From positions 248,001 to 312,000 of IMG/VR virus record IMGVR_UViG_3300025162_000016: DNA of 64,000 nt. One strand, written 5' to 3'. A program made the position numbers and the translations under genes. Below are positions 30,163 to 39,108 of this stretch, one piece after another; position 1 is the stretch's first letter; each line of letters opens with the position of its first letter. The notes beneath the pieces are model-generated. The model had not been told where the DNA came from. It saw only the letters and a list, made by a program, of their open reading frames with translations, and ran no database searches.

Positions 30163-31497
30163 GTCAACAACCCCTAGGCTAAAGCCATGGGGGCTTGAAA
30201 GACACCGAGCTTTCTCAGTGATTTATATTCATTCGGCGAATTGACTGTCGCCTGCCCATAAGTCAAACGGTTAGTTTGTGATATGGGATGTTTGGATAAT
30301 TTAGCAATGTTAATCGCTGCATTTATATCCGCATCGTATATCATTCCATTAACTTTAGAGTAAAATCTACAACCTCTTCTCTCACCTTCAACCTTGCCTG
30401 TTACGGAATCGGTTTTAGATGTGTTGTAAGGGCAAACGAGCAGAACAGTTTTACCTTGATTCTGTGCCTTATAGGTTATTACTCTACGAAGTTCAAATAA
30501 TGGAACTTGTGATATACTTCTTTTGTTTTGGTATTTATTTTTCTTTACTTTTATGGATTTGAGATTTTCTAAGCAAATTATGTCTGCTTCGGTATTGAGA
30601 ACGGAATTAGCAATTAGATGGGTCTGGTTTTTGTTTTGATTATGTTCTTTTCGTCTTAAAGAATATCTTAATTTTCTGCGGGCAGATTTTGTCCCCTTAG
30701 ATTTGAGGATGTCTTTTTGGTGTCTTAATCTTCGTTTACGTTCATTGAATTTTTTATCTATAATTAATTTTCCTTCGCTTGTTGCGGCAGACCTACGAAT
30801 ACCTAGATCGACTCCAATTGCCAATCTGGGTTTCAATTGAGGTTGTTTATTTTCAAATGACAAACAAATATAGATGTTTCCCATGTCCTCATAAATCAGA
30901 GGGTCTTGATAGGAATATTTATTAAGTAATTCTTTAAGTCGTGGATAAACCGTGAATTCAAATGTTTGTCTTTTATTTGCGGTTGTTATACGAATTGAAG
31001 ATTTATTTGGTATTGAATAAAGTCTTTTATCCAACCGCATTGATAATTTCTTTTTTTCAATCGGAGATTTTATTTTATGTTTATTTGATTTAACGGAACG
31101 ATACGACGAAATACATTCATTTAGAGAACGAATGATTACTTGTGATGTTATTTCGGGGTATTGTTTTCTAATATTATGATATACTTTGGAGTGTAATATT
31201 TTTGGAACAATTTTAGATTCGGAAAACTGTTCTTTAGAAGCAAAATTAAATACAAGTTTTTGATGTTCAAGCAACTTTTTAAGTTCGCTTGTATCACCGA
31301 TTAGTTTTGTATTATAAGTAATCATTTGTTACAACAATATATATCACACGATAAACGAAAACATCAAAAAAAGTTAAAATATGTGATTTATTTTATGGTT
31401 GACAAACTGAGGTGGTTGGTGTAGGATATTAAGAATGGTCGGAATTCCTCCTCTACCCTAAAGGGATAGAGGCTTCCTTCCTCCAAGAAAGTGAACA
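30163..31497 (-). mobile_element. IS200/IS605-family tnpB-only element (TnpB2)
   Basis: Right end ending TTGAC at 30163; left-end hairpin ~31447-31480. Confidence 0.8.
30174..31325 (-). CDS. tnpB: RNA-guided endonuclease TnpB
   Basis: GVDLG, ICLENL, DADINAA; no Zn finger; paralog of TnpB1. Confidence 0.92.
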   Translation of the reverse strand: MITYNTKLIGDTSELKKLLEHQKLVFNFASKEQFSESKIVPKILHSKVYHNIRKQYPEITSQVIIRSLNECISSYRSVKSNKHKIKSPIEKKKLSMRLDKRLYSIPNKSSIRITTANKRQTFEFTVYPRLKELLNKYSYQDPLIYEDMGNIYICLSFENKQPQLKPRLAIGVDLGIRRSAATSEGKLIIDKKFNERKRRLRHQKDILKSKGTKSARRKLRYSLRRKEHNQNKNQTHLIANSVLNTEADIICLENLKSIKVKKNKYQNKRSISQVPLFELRRVITYKAQNQGKTVLLVCPYNTSKTDSVTGKVEGERRGCRFYSKVNGMIYDADINAAINIAKLSKHPISQTNRLTYGQATVNSPNEYKSLRKLGVFQAPMALA

Positions 31498-31554
31498 AAA
31501 AAATTTGGAAATATAGTTGACTTTTTATAAATCTTCGGATAGAATATATCCAGC

Positions 31555-31854
31555 ATGAAATCAAAAACACTTCATCCTTACAAACCAAATTATTGCTCGC
31601 ATCCCGGTGAAACCCTTCTCGAAACTATAAACCAATATGGGCTTACCATATCTGAGTTTTCCAAACTGGTGGATGTTCCCCCGCTGAAAATTACTAACAT
31701 AGTTAATTGGCAAGCTCCGATCACCTTGACAATTGCCGAGAAGTTGGAAAACACCCTCCATATCTCATCCGATTTTTGGATGGCGATGCAAGAGAATTAT
31801 GATCGGTTTCAAAGGAATAGGTTGACAAAGACTATGCAATCTGATAGCATATAG
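31555..31854 (+). CDS. higA: HigA-like antitoxin / XRE HTH protein (orphan)
   Basis: HPGETLLE, HTH, IT..IAEKLE..L..S.DFWMAMQ.NYD. Confidence 0.8.
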   Translation: MKSKTLHPYKPNYCSHPGETLLETINQYGLTISEFSKLVDVPPLKITNIVNWQAPITLTIAEKLENTLHISSDFWMAMQENYDRFQRNRLTKTMQSDSI

Positions 31855-31856
31855 GA

Positions 31857-31892
31857 AGTAAAATGCCGGAACAGACCAGCCACTACATCACC
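31857..31892 (+). repeat. Solitary degenerate CRISPR repeat in the 5' UTR of ORF 31903
   Basis: 29/36 identity to the array repeat; begins ~6 nt after TTGACA-17-TAGCAT. Confidence 0.8.
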
Positions 31893-31902
31893 AACATATC
31901 AC

Positions 31903-32241
31903 ATGACTGATCAAGAAATAAACGTTGCAATTGCAACTGTGTGTGGAGAAGAATATCATGAACCTACCGGAGAAGAAATTAAATCTGGTAGTTATTATCA
32001 ATATCAGCCAAACTACACCGGCGACTTAAATGCGATTCATTCTGCATGGTCGCAATTATCCATCGCAAAACAGGTTCTGGCCTGTAGCGAGCTTGAACGC
32101 CTGTGCTATGGCCCTTGCGATACAAAATTGAGGGTCGTCAATGCAAGTGCTCGTCTGAAATCGGAAGCCTTTTTGCGGGCAGAAGGAAAATGGAAGACTA
32201 GTTCAAAAATGACACCCGCTCAGAAAGCTAGCCGAAAGTAA
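31903..32241 (+). CDS. Hypothetical phage protein
   Basis: MTDQEINVAIA...PNYTGDLNA motif common in phage proteins. Confidence 0.65.
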   Translation: MTDQEINVAIATVCGEEYHEPTGEEIKSGSYYQYQPNYTGDLNAIHSAWSQLSIAKQVLACSELERLCYGPCDTKLRVVNASARLKSEAFLRAEGKWKTSSKMTPAQKASRK

Positions 32242-32275
32242 AATCTGAGACTGTGACAGCGAAAGCGACAGGGGC

Positions 32276-32515
32276 GTGGAAATCGCCTGGGTGTCACCAT
32301 TTTTTAAAATTATGAAATTAAATGACCTACCACCATTAGATCAAGCAGAAATCATTGCAAACAGAATTGCCAATATGGATGCTCTACGGGAACACGCCTT
32401 GAAGAGTCGCAATCCAATTGAGTTGATGACGATTGAATTGGATGCACAGGCCAGACTTATGGGACTCAATATGGATTATTGTGAGGAATTAGATGATGAT
32501 GAATATGATCAATAA
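32276..32515 (+). CDS. Hypothetical protein
   Basis: Operonic ORF. Confidence 0.5.
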   Translation: MEIAWVSPFFKIMKLNDLPPLDQAEIIANRIANMDALREHALKSRNPIELMTIELDAQARLMGLNMDYCEELDDDEYDQ

Positions 32516-32517
32516 TA

Positions 32518-32724
32518 ATGACTAAATCACAACTACAAAAACACTTGGGGACCAAGCTAACATTTGAATTAGAAACATTCAGGATGTTATTTACGGACCT
32601 AGATGATAACCAACGTTTGGAATTAATCAAATCCCTTATTTGGACTTCGATTGACGCTCACGCTATGCATAAACGAGTTGTTAACGCAATTTTAAATCCT
32701 TCTTTTGAGAAAACACTTGATTAA
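32518..32724 (+). CDS. Hypothetical protein
   Basis: 5' end duplicated at ~33907-33955. Confidence 0.55.
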   Translation: MTKSQLQKHLGTKLTFELETFRMLFTDLDDNQRLELIKSLIWTSIDAHAMHKRVVNAILNPSFEKTLD

Positions 32725-32774
32725 CTCGGGAGCCAGCAAACCCCTGCCCTAAACATTTTATCTTGGCGGGAGCA

Positions 32775-32809
32775 GAAAACCCATCTGCTTTAGCGGGTGG
32801 GTAGTTCAT
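32775..32809 (+). repeat. Orphan IS605-type right end (TnpB3 family)
   Basis: GAAAACCCATCTGCTTTAGCGGGTGGGTAGTTCAT resembles the TnpB3 right end. Confidence 0.7.
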
Positions 32810-33011
32810 CAATATGAAAATTAGGCACATATATACAGTTATTAGAGAATACGAGATTGGTGCTGATGATCTCAAAGAAGAAATTGACTTTTTCAATGGT
32901 TCTATTATCGATGCATCGGGAGAATTTCTATATTCTGGAACTAGTGGGAAAGAAACAATCACAGTAAAAATGGAAATTGGAGATTAACATCAAAATACAG
33001 TTAAACAAAAT

Positions 33012-33431
33012 ATGACAAAATATAAAAAAATAATATGGGGTTTTGAACCTACTGATGATGTAACTTGTCTGGAACTTCCACAGAGGATTGCTTTTACTTT
33101 CGGTTATAATTGGGAAACGTCTACCATATATTCGAGAATGATTCCAATGGTTATAACTGATAAGAATTTTCGAGTTGGATTTGATCCCAACAGAAAATTA
33201 ATGAATCTGGTTAAGGATTATAAATCCTCGGAATATTTGGTAGTATGGACAGGTGAATTTTTGATTAAAATGTTAAATAATCCTCCGTTGAATCCAATAG
33301 TAATCGAATCTACTGACGGTAAACTATCGGTTCACATTGAATCGGATAATGTGGTTTTTGTGGATAGCGATAAGTCGATTCAAGTTAGTGTTCCAAAGAA
33401 ATTAGTACGGCAGACGGCGGGATTGTGTTAG
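33012..33431 (+). CDS. Hypothetical protein, paralog of ORF 34129
   Basis: Shares KI.W.F.P...QRIAF.FGY.W. Confidence 0.6.
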   Translation: MTKYKKIIWGFEPTDDVTCLELPQRIAFTFGYNWETSTIYSRMIPMVITDKNFRVGFDPNRKLMNLVKDYKSSEYLVVWTGEFLIKMLNNPPLNPIVIESTDGKLSVHIESDNVVFVDSDKSIQVSVPKKLVRQTAGLC

Positions 33432-33469
33432 TGTTCCAAAGAAATTAGTATGGCAGACGGCGGGATTGT
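33384..33469 (+). repeat. 43-bp tandem duplication at the gene end
   Basis: Two copies differing by one base. Confidence 0.9.
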
Positions 33470-33545
33470 TATTAAAATAGAATAAAGACTCCATCGAACG
33501 AAAGATGGGGCTTCTTTTTGTATATAGTTGGATATTTATATCTAT

Positions 33546-33887
33546 ATGATTAAACTTAAAGATATAATATTAGAATTTTTTGATAGATATTGGACATTGG
33601 AAATGGCTAAACCAATAGCCGATAAACTTGGGGCAAAAATAGTTGGTTCTGTTGCTAAATATGGAAAATCAAATCATGATTTAGATCTTAGAGTCGAACA
33701 TAATGACATTTTATCTATAACAAAAATTTTAAATATTTTGGGTTTTGAATCATATGGAAGTGAAGTAGTTTCACCAGAAGAAGCAAAAAAATCCAAAAAT
33801 ATATATGGAAAAGGTTGGCAAAGAGCATATAATTTTATAAATAAAGATGATAAAATAATTCAAATTTGGATGGATCAAAATGATTAA
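33546..33887 (+). CDS. Minimal nucleotidyltransferase-like protein with MIKLKDI N-terminus
   Basis: IVGSVAKYGKSNHDLDL matches hGS-x9-DhD. Confidence 0.6.
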   Translation: MIKLKDIILEFFDRYWTLEMAKPIADKLGAKIVGSVAKYGKSNHDLDLRVEHNDILSITKILNILGFESYGSEVVSPEEAKKSKNIYGKGWQRAYNFINKDDKIIQIWMDQND

Positions 33888-33955
33888 ATTAAAAGATATA
33901 ATAGATATGACCAAATTACAACTACGAAAACACTTGGGGACCAAGCTAACATTTG

Positions 33956-34074
33956 ACAATGTGGAACTTGCGAAATATGGCGTTTGATGTTGACAAATCA
34001 GGGATAATAGAATACATTACCGCTCGCAAATTGATACACGGTTTTTTGATAATACGATAGTTACAATGGATACA
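33956..34074 (+). promoter_or_regulatory. Second copy of the CRISPR leader with promoter
   Basis: Homologous to the reverse complement of ~50345-50463; TTGACA-17-TACATT, CCGCTCGCAAATTGATACAC. Confidence 0.9.
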
Positions 34075-34110
34075 GGTGAAGTGCTGGAACAGATCAGATA
34101 CTATATCACC
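34075..34110 (+). CRISPR. Solitary CRISPR repeat after the duplicated leader
   Basis: 34/36 identity to consensus. Confidence 0.9.
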
Positions 34111-34128
34111 ACCACCCAGAATAAAAAT

Positions 34129-34680
34129 ATGAAAAATATGAAAAATATGAAAAACTACAGGAAAATAGTATGGTCATTCAATCCTTCGATTGACAGCGAA
34201 GTCATTCAGAGGATTGCATTTAGTTTCGGATACGATTGGGAGGACAATGACAGTTATGATGCTCTGACTAAGATAATTTTTTCTGAGGAGAGGATGATGT
34301 TTGATCCTAACACAAAGAAAATCTCGGCGGTTCATTGTAAATATGATTGCACACACACACGTTGGACGTCTAGTCTGCCCCATTTCATGGAATCCCTCAA
34401 AGACCCTCCTGAAATTATTCCAACTGTCTCTTCACCGGCACCGGATACAAAATCGAATCTAAACTTTCCGGTGGTCAGCTTTATGTATCACGACAAGATT
34501 CGTCGGGTTCGGGTTACTAAAATGTATGATAACCACCTGGAAGGGTTTGAAACCTCCTGTGGCGGGAAACCCTACCTAATAGAATCCTACAAGAAATATC
34601 GGATTGATGAGATGGAATCCGATGTTGTCTTGATAAGTTTCGTGCAAGATATTCCCAAAACTATAGATTACGAACCATGA
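34129..34680 (+). CDS. Hypothetical protein between two CRISPR repeats; possible C-terminal WYL-like domain
   Basis: FMYHDKIRRVRV...YKKYRID pattern. Confidence 0.55.
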   Translation: MKNMKNMKNYRKIVWSFNPSIDSEVIQRIAFSFGYDWEDNDSYDALTKIIFSEERMMFDPNTKKISAVHCKYDCTHTRWTSSLPHFMESLKDPPEIIPTVSSPAPDTKSNLNFPVVSFMYHDKIRRVRVTKMYDNHLEGFETSCGGKPYLIESYKKYRIDEMESDVVLISFVQDIPKTIDYEP

Positions 34681-34811
34681 CTAAAGATGAGTTGCAAGAA
34701 ATCCTAATGCAGTGCTGGCATAGGGAAACATCGGTGGATGACGCATTGGACGCCATCTGTGGAGAAACGATGGTCGAGGAAACGCTGTGACTGAATGCAG
34801 ACGAATTGCGT

Positions 34812-34847
34812 GGTGAAGTGCTGGAACAGACCAGCTACTATATCACC
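34812..34847 (+). CRISPR. Solitary CRISPR repeat
   Basis: 35/36 identity to consensus. Confidence 0.9.
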
Positions 34848-34965
34848 TTGTATGGTATGAATGATTGCTGGAACCCGGTTGACCTAGCGGCTGAATATGA
34901 TGCTCTCATAGTTCAACCGGAAAACGATTGACAAATTAATATAATTCTGATAGTCTTTACCCACA

Positions 34966-35298
34966 ATGAAAAACGAACAATTGAAGTGGTTTCCATATTA
35001 CCAGAATAACAGCGGGGGCACGCTCCTAATTGACAACGAGGTTGCCGAGACAGTATATGTCCAAGCTCATTCCGCCAATGAGGCGAATAAAATTGCTGAA
35101 TCACATGGTATCTATTTCGACGGTTGCACCGAGGGAACAGATTGTTCCTGCTGTGGAGATCGTTGGAGTCGAACTATTGACCGATGCGGAACGGATGTTC
35201 CCTGCCACTATGGGAAGCCGATTTCGTCGTGGGACGTGCCTGACAACGGAGTTGATAAGACTCGCCGTTATCGACGGTTTCATCGGTTCGGTCTGTGA
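34966..35298 (+). CDS. Conserved phage hypothetical protein
   Basis: Y.QNNSGG...GIYFDG...DC.CCGDRW motif. Confidence 0.7.
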   Translation: MKNEQLKWFPYYQNNSGGTLLIDNEVAETVYVQAHSANEANKIAESHGIYFDGCTEGTDCSCCGDRWSRTIDRCGTDVPCHYGKPISSWDVPDNGVDKTRRYRRFHRFGL

Positions 35299-35343
35299 AT
35301 CGGGCTTGACTTATTATAATAATTCTGATAGTCTTTACCCAAG

Positions 35344-35637
35344 ATGAAAAACACACAAAGCAATGACGTGATGACTAAAGACGAGATGCAAAAACTCCTA
35401 ATGCAGTGCTGGCATAGGGAAATATCGGTGGAAGAAGCTATGGCATCATTTATCTGGGTAGAACCGCTGGTCGAGGAAACGCTGGGAACGAATGTCGAGG
35501 TTAATGATGAGTGTCTTGAGGCTTTGCAGCCGGTAGATAAAAAAACAGATGATTTTTATTACACTGGAATCCCTGACATAGATATGCGGCGGGTGATTCA
35601 AATGGAAGCCAATAGAATATATTCAGATCGAAGTTGA
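35344..35637 (+). CDS. Hypothetical protein
   Basis: Cassette promoter; truncated paralog at ~34677-34790. Confidence 0.6.
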   Translation: MKNTQSNDVMTKDEMQKLLMQCWHREISVEEAMASFIWVEPLVEETLGTNVEVNDECLEALQPVDKKTDDFYYTGIPDIDMRRVIQMEANRIYSDRS

Positions 35638-35671
35638 CATTGTATAATAATTCTGATAGTCTTTACCCAAG

Positions 35672-35872
35672 ATGAGCACAGACTATATAAACAGATCAGA
35701 ATTTGACGGATTAACGGATTGGCAGAAGCGGTTGTTGATGCGTTGGGGCCGGCGATATGGAGCAGGTTATCCTCCCGGCAGGCCGTTGGCCTTGGCTTCC
35801 ATGAAATTCAACAAGCGATATAGTTATGATCGAATTGACCAGAGGTTTATAAACTGGCTTTACACTTACTAA
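35672..35872 (+). CDS. Hypothetical protein
   Basis: Cassette promoter. Confidence 0.6.
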   Translation: MSTDYINRSEFDGLTDWQKRLLMRWGRRYGAGYPPGRPLALASMKFNKRYSYDRIDQRFINWLYTY

Positions 35873-35927
35873 AATAATTCAGATCGAAGTTGACATTTTA
35901 GAATAACTCTGATAGTCTTTACCCGAG

Positions 35928-36155
35928 ATGAAAAACGAAGAACTTGTATTATTGCTTAAGGCTGCATTTGCGGCGGGGTTCCGTTACGGGCACGACGCCG
36001 GGGCGGATGCAGAATGGGGCCATGGATGTTCAATAAGTAACAAGCCACAAACGCCGGATAAGGCGTGGTCGGAGGATGTCCAATGGAGGATCGACACCGA
36101 TAGTAGTTATCACCTGGATGTTGAAAACCGAGAGCATTGGAACAACGTTCCATAG
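35928..36155 (+). CDS. Hypothetical protein
   Basis: Cassette promoter. Confidence 0.6.
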   Translation: MKNEELVLLLKAAFAAGFRYGHDAGADAEWGHGCSISNKPQTPDKAWSEDVQWRIDTDSSYHLDVENREHWNNVP

Positions 36156-36203
36156 ATAGCAGACAATGGTTGACTTATTATAGAACCGTGGATTATTATT
36201 TAT

Positions 36204-36509
36204 ATGAAAACATTTTTATCATACGAAGAAATCCAAATTGGCACTTGGTGGGAAATTGCCCAAGGTGGCGAATATGGTTATTGCGTTATTGGAAAAAATG
36301 ATCAAACTATATCCAAGATGAATAACGAAACATTTGAAACTTTCGATTGTGGAGACAAAGTAGATGTTCGCTGGCGACATGATTCTGATTTCAATGATGA
36401 CTTTACCGGGCGAGTTGTGGAGTTTAGAGGTAAGTATATCATCGTTGAAGATCAAGCCGGTGACTGTTGGAGTTGTGATCCCGGGCAGATTAGTTTGAAT
36501 ACGGATTAG
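36204..36509 (+). CDS. Hypothetical protein
   Basis: TTGACT promoter near 36171. Confidence 0.55.
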   Translation: MKTFLSYEEIQIGTWWEIAQGGEYGYCVIGKNDQTISKMNNETFETFDCGDKVDVRWRHDSDFNDDFTGRVVEFRGKYIIVEDQAGDCWSCDPGQISLNTD

Positions 36510-36581
36510 TGATTGGTAAACAATAAATAAATTCAGATCGAAGTTGACATTTTAGAATAACTCTGATACTCTTTACCCAAG

Positions 36582-36821
36582 ATGAAAAACGAAAACGAAA
36601 ACGAAATAACGAACGAAAACTTAATCCTAAATTGTCTTCTCCGTGAGCCGATGCGGGTGCATACGACGCTTGCTAAAAAGTGGCTACACCAGAATCAAAC
36701 AATCATCATGGGCGGCGTGGTTCGTTATTTGGCTATCCGCCCCCTGGGATTAGGTATCTTCGAAATAAAAGTCGCACCCGTTACCGTTCGATCAACCGAA
36801 ATGACAAACAATGAAGATTAA
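36582..36821 (+). CDS. Hypothetical protein
   Basis: Cassette promoter. Confidence 0.6.
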   Translation: MKNENENEITNENLILNCLLREPMRVHTTLAKKWLHQNQTIIMGGVVRYLAIRPLGLGIFEIKVAPVTVRSTEMTNNED

Positions 36822-37206
36822 AGATTTGATGATTAACGATTTGATCAAAAACTACACCGAGTTGCTAAACGTCCTAATAGCGGAGCCAATGACGCCGGAG
36901 GACACACAGCAAGCATACATCCTCAAGAAGGTAGTTGAGGATTTGAAAATGGTAAAAAACTATAAAAATAAAAATTGAGGCCATGAAAAAAGACATGTCA
37001 TCAAAGGCACAGAACCAACGCCTACTTCGGCGGTTGGCGTATGCTTATAGCACACCGACACGCCGGATTCGATTCGAGCGGGAAGTGAAAAAAGCGAACG
37101 AGCGGTGGAATGTGGCATACCCGGCTCGAACGAAAGTTTAGGTTGGGCTTGACTTATTATAATAACTCTGATACTCTTAGGGAGTTAAATATAAAACACT
37201 AAAAAG

Positions 37207-37410
37207 ATGAAAACACGTATATTTAAAGATCGAGATGGAGTCAGTAGAATAGATATGGGGCTTTCAAAGCCACGACGGTTTGTTTATATATTACATTGTT
37301 GTGCCGCCGATCAGAGACGTGCAAAACGGCAGGGTCAAGGACGAATTAACGCCTTAGTATATTTTGTGGTCAGTGCCATAAAACAAACATGGGCATGTTG
37401 GGGACGGTAA
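37207..37410 (+). CDS. Hypothetical protein
   Basis: After the promoter at 37149. Confidence 0.45.
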   Translation: MKTRIFKDRDGVSRIDMGLSKPRRFVYILHCCAADQRRAKRQGQGRINALVYFVVSAIKQTWACWGR

Positions 37411-37413
37411 AAT

Positions 37414-37719
37414 ATGCGTTTTAAACCCCCCATTAAAATAGTTCTTCCCATACTGGCATGTGGAGCGGTGATTGCATCTGTAATATTTATGACGGGGCGG
37501 GAAATAGTTAAAGTTTTTCCAAAACTACCGTCACCGGGTGATCTATATACAGATTTTCACTCCAGTCCGTGGAAATGGCGAAATACTAATACAATTTTAG
37601 AAATAAAATCCGGCTGGGTTCGATACGTTGACTTGAACGGCAAAACAAACGAAGCTTCTGTTTCAAGGTTTCGTAGCGTCTATTCCTACGTTGGAACTGT
37701 GCCAAAGAATCACAAATGA
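37414..37719 (+). CDS. Membrane-anchored hypothetical protein
   Basis: N-terminal TM helix. Confidence 0.5.
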   Translation: MRFKPPIKIVLPILACGAVIASVIFMTGREIVKVFPKLPSPGDLYTDFHSSPWKWRNTNTILEIKSGWVRYVDLNGKTNEASVSRFRSVYSYVGTVPKNHK

Positions 37720-37756
37720 GTGTTGACAATTAGAAAAATATCGGTATAATGTTCCT

Positions 37757-38101
37757 ATGAATGAAATATACGAATATGTGAGAACACAAAAGGGCAGTAG
37801 TGTGTTTGTTAATAGTCACGGACAAAAACGTCGCCGTGGTGGAGAGCCAATTGGCGTCGTTCTAGCAACGGTATTAACAAATAGTGATTGTCCAAAAATC
37901 GTTTTTGGTTGGAGTAAAGCTAACCAAAAAAGCGGTGACATTTTTGATAAAGCAAAGGGAATTAATATCGCTCGCACTAGAGCTATTTATGGATTGCCTA
38001 AGAATATCAAAATTCCTGCCGAAGTCGCAAAAGCCCAAGCATGGCTGGCAACTCGGGCAGTTAAATACTTTAAAGGCGCAATTGTTGGGGAAACATGTTG
38101 A
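37757..38101 (+). CDS. Conserved phage hypothetical protein
   Basis: GWSK...D.FDK..G..IA..RA motif; leaderless promoter. Confidence 0.65.
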   Translation: MNEIYEYVRTQKGSSVFVNSHGQKRRRGGEPIGVVLATVLTNSDCPKIVFGWSKANQKSGDIFDKAKGINIARTRAIYGLPKNIKIPAEVAKAQAWLATRAVKYFKGAIVGETC

Positions 38102-38136
38102 CAATTAGAAAAATATCGGTATACTTATAAAGTAAT

Positions 38137-38212
38137 GCTTCGGTAGCTCAGTTGGAAGAGCAATCGGCTTTTAATCGATTGGTCGTGAGTTCGAGTCTCA
38201 TCCGGAGCACCA
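38137..38212 (+). tRNA. tRNA-Lys(UUU)
   Basis: Cloverleaf, anticodon loop CTTTTAA, encoded CCA. Confidence 0.95.
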
Positions 38213-38217
38213 ATTTT

Positions 38218-38305
38218 GCCGGTGTGGCGTAATGGCAGCCGCACAAGACTTAAAATCTTGGGACTATAAAAAGTTGTGCGGGTTCAAGTCCCGCCACCGG
38301 CACCA
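38218..38305 (+). tRNA. tRNA-Leu(UAA)
   Basis: Long variable arm, loop CTTAAAA, CCA. Confidence 0.95.
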
Positions 38306-38312
38306 ATTCATT

Positions 38313-38390
38313 GCTCCCGTAACTCAGTTGGATTAGAGTAGTGTTTTTCTAAAACACGAGTCGCAGGTTCAAGTCCTGCCGGGAGTACCA
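38313..38390 (+). tRNA. tRNA-Arg(UCU)
   Basis: Loop TTTCTAA, CCA. Confidence 0.93.
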
Positions 38391-38394
38391 ATTT

Positions 38395-38466
38395 GGCCCG
38401 TTCGTTTATCAGCTAGGACATAGGATTTTCAATCCTAAAAAGAGAGGGCGGCACTCTCACGGGCTA
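38395..38466 (+). tRNA. tRNA-Glu(UUC) with atypical T-loop
   Basis: Acceptor GGCCCGT/ACGGGCT, loop TTTTCAA, T-loop GGCGGCA, no encoded CCA. Confidence 0.7.
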
Positions 38467-38630
38467 CAAATTTTGTTCTTTGATCGAGTAATGGTCCTCG
38501 GAAACAATCTGAAATATGGTTGAAAAGGTTCCGTAGGATAAGTGTGATAGCGGTGTAGCGTTAGAAGGACTAACTAACCTTTCGCTCGCAATGCGGTTCA
38601 CACTAAAACGGGGGAGTAACCTATACCATT

Positions 38631-38667
38631 ACTCTATTTGATTTTACAGTATGGGCGGCGTCTGATA
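38631..38667 (+). repeat. 37-bp direct repeat, copy 1 (copy 2 at 40006-40042)
   Basis: ACTCTATTTGATTTTACAGTATGGGCGGCGTCTGATA identical in both. Confidence 0.9.
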
Positions 38668-38759
38668 AATTTATAATTTTATGGCCGTAACTCAAAATAT
38701 TTTTCATTTATTTCAGGAATCTTGTTGACATTGACCAAGAATTCCTGTATATTATATCC

Positions 38760-38933
38760 ATGATGAAAAACGAAAACACCGGTTATGATATAACGGTTGG
38801 TGATTCGGGTATATGTCCAAATTGTGGGCTTTATTTTGATGCTCCGCAGATAAACGATGAGGGTGAAGATGGTATATGTCCACATTGTGGGCTTTATCTC
38901 AATTATGCTGATGATCCGCAGGAGGACAATTGA
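38760..38933 (+). CDS. 57-aa double Zn-ribbon protein
   Basis: GICPNCGLY and GICPHCGLY repeats; promoter directly upstream. Confidence 0.6.
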   Translation: MMKNENTGYDITVGDSGICPNCGLYFDAPQINDEGEDGICPHCGLYLNYADDPQEDN

Positions 38934-39108
38934 TGATCCGCAGTCATAAATTCACTTTCTTGGAGCAAGGAAGCCCCTATCCCTTTAGGGTAGGGGGGGA
39001 GGAATTGTGACCAATCTAAAATAATTGAAAATAATTTAATGTTTCGTAAATCTTCCCCATAAACAAAATTTGTTGTGTTTTTGAAATAACCACACATATG
39101 TATTACAT

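Larger units (their letters stand above)
34928..37180 (+). promoter_or_regulatory. Family of repeated sigma70-like promoter cassettes (TTGAC...TCTGA-TAGTCT-TTACCC-NNN-ATG)
   Basis: Copies at 34928, 35306, 35634, 35890, 36544, 37149; ATG exactly 38 nt after TTGAC in the first five. Confidence 0.85.

Noticed and set aside
34066-34128. N-terminal extension MDTGEVLEQIRYYIT of ORF 34066
   Set aside because: It is the repeat read in frame; the real start is probably ATG 34129
34860-34885. TGCTGGAAC shortly after the repeat at 34812 as another repeat
   Set aside because: Only ~9-10 nt match and an implausibly short spacer
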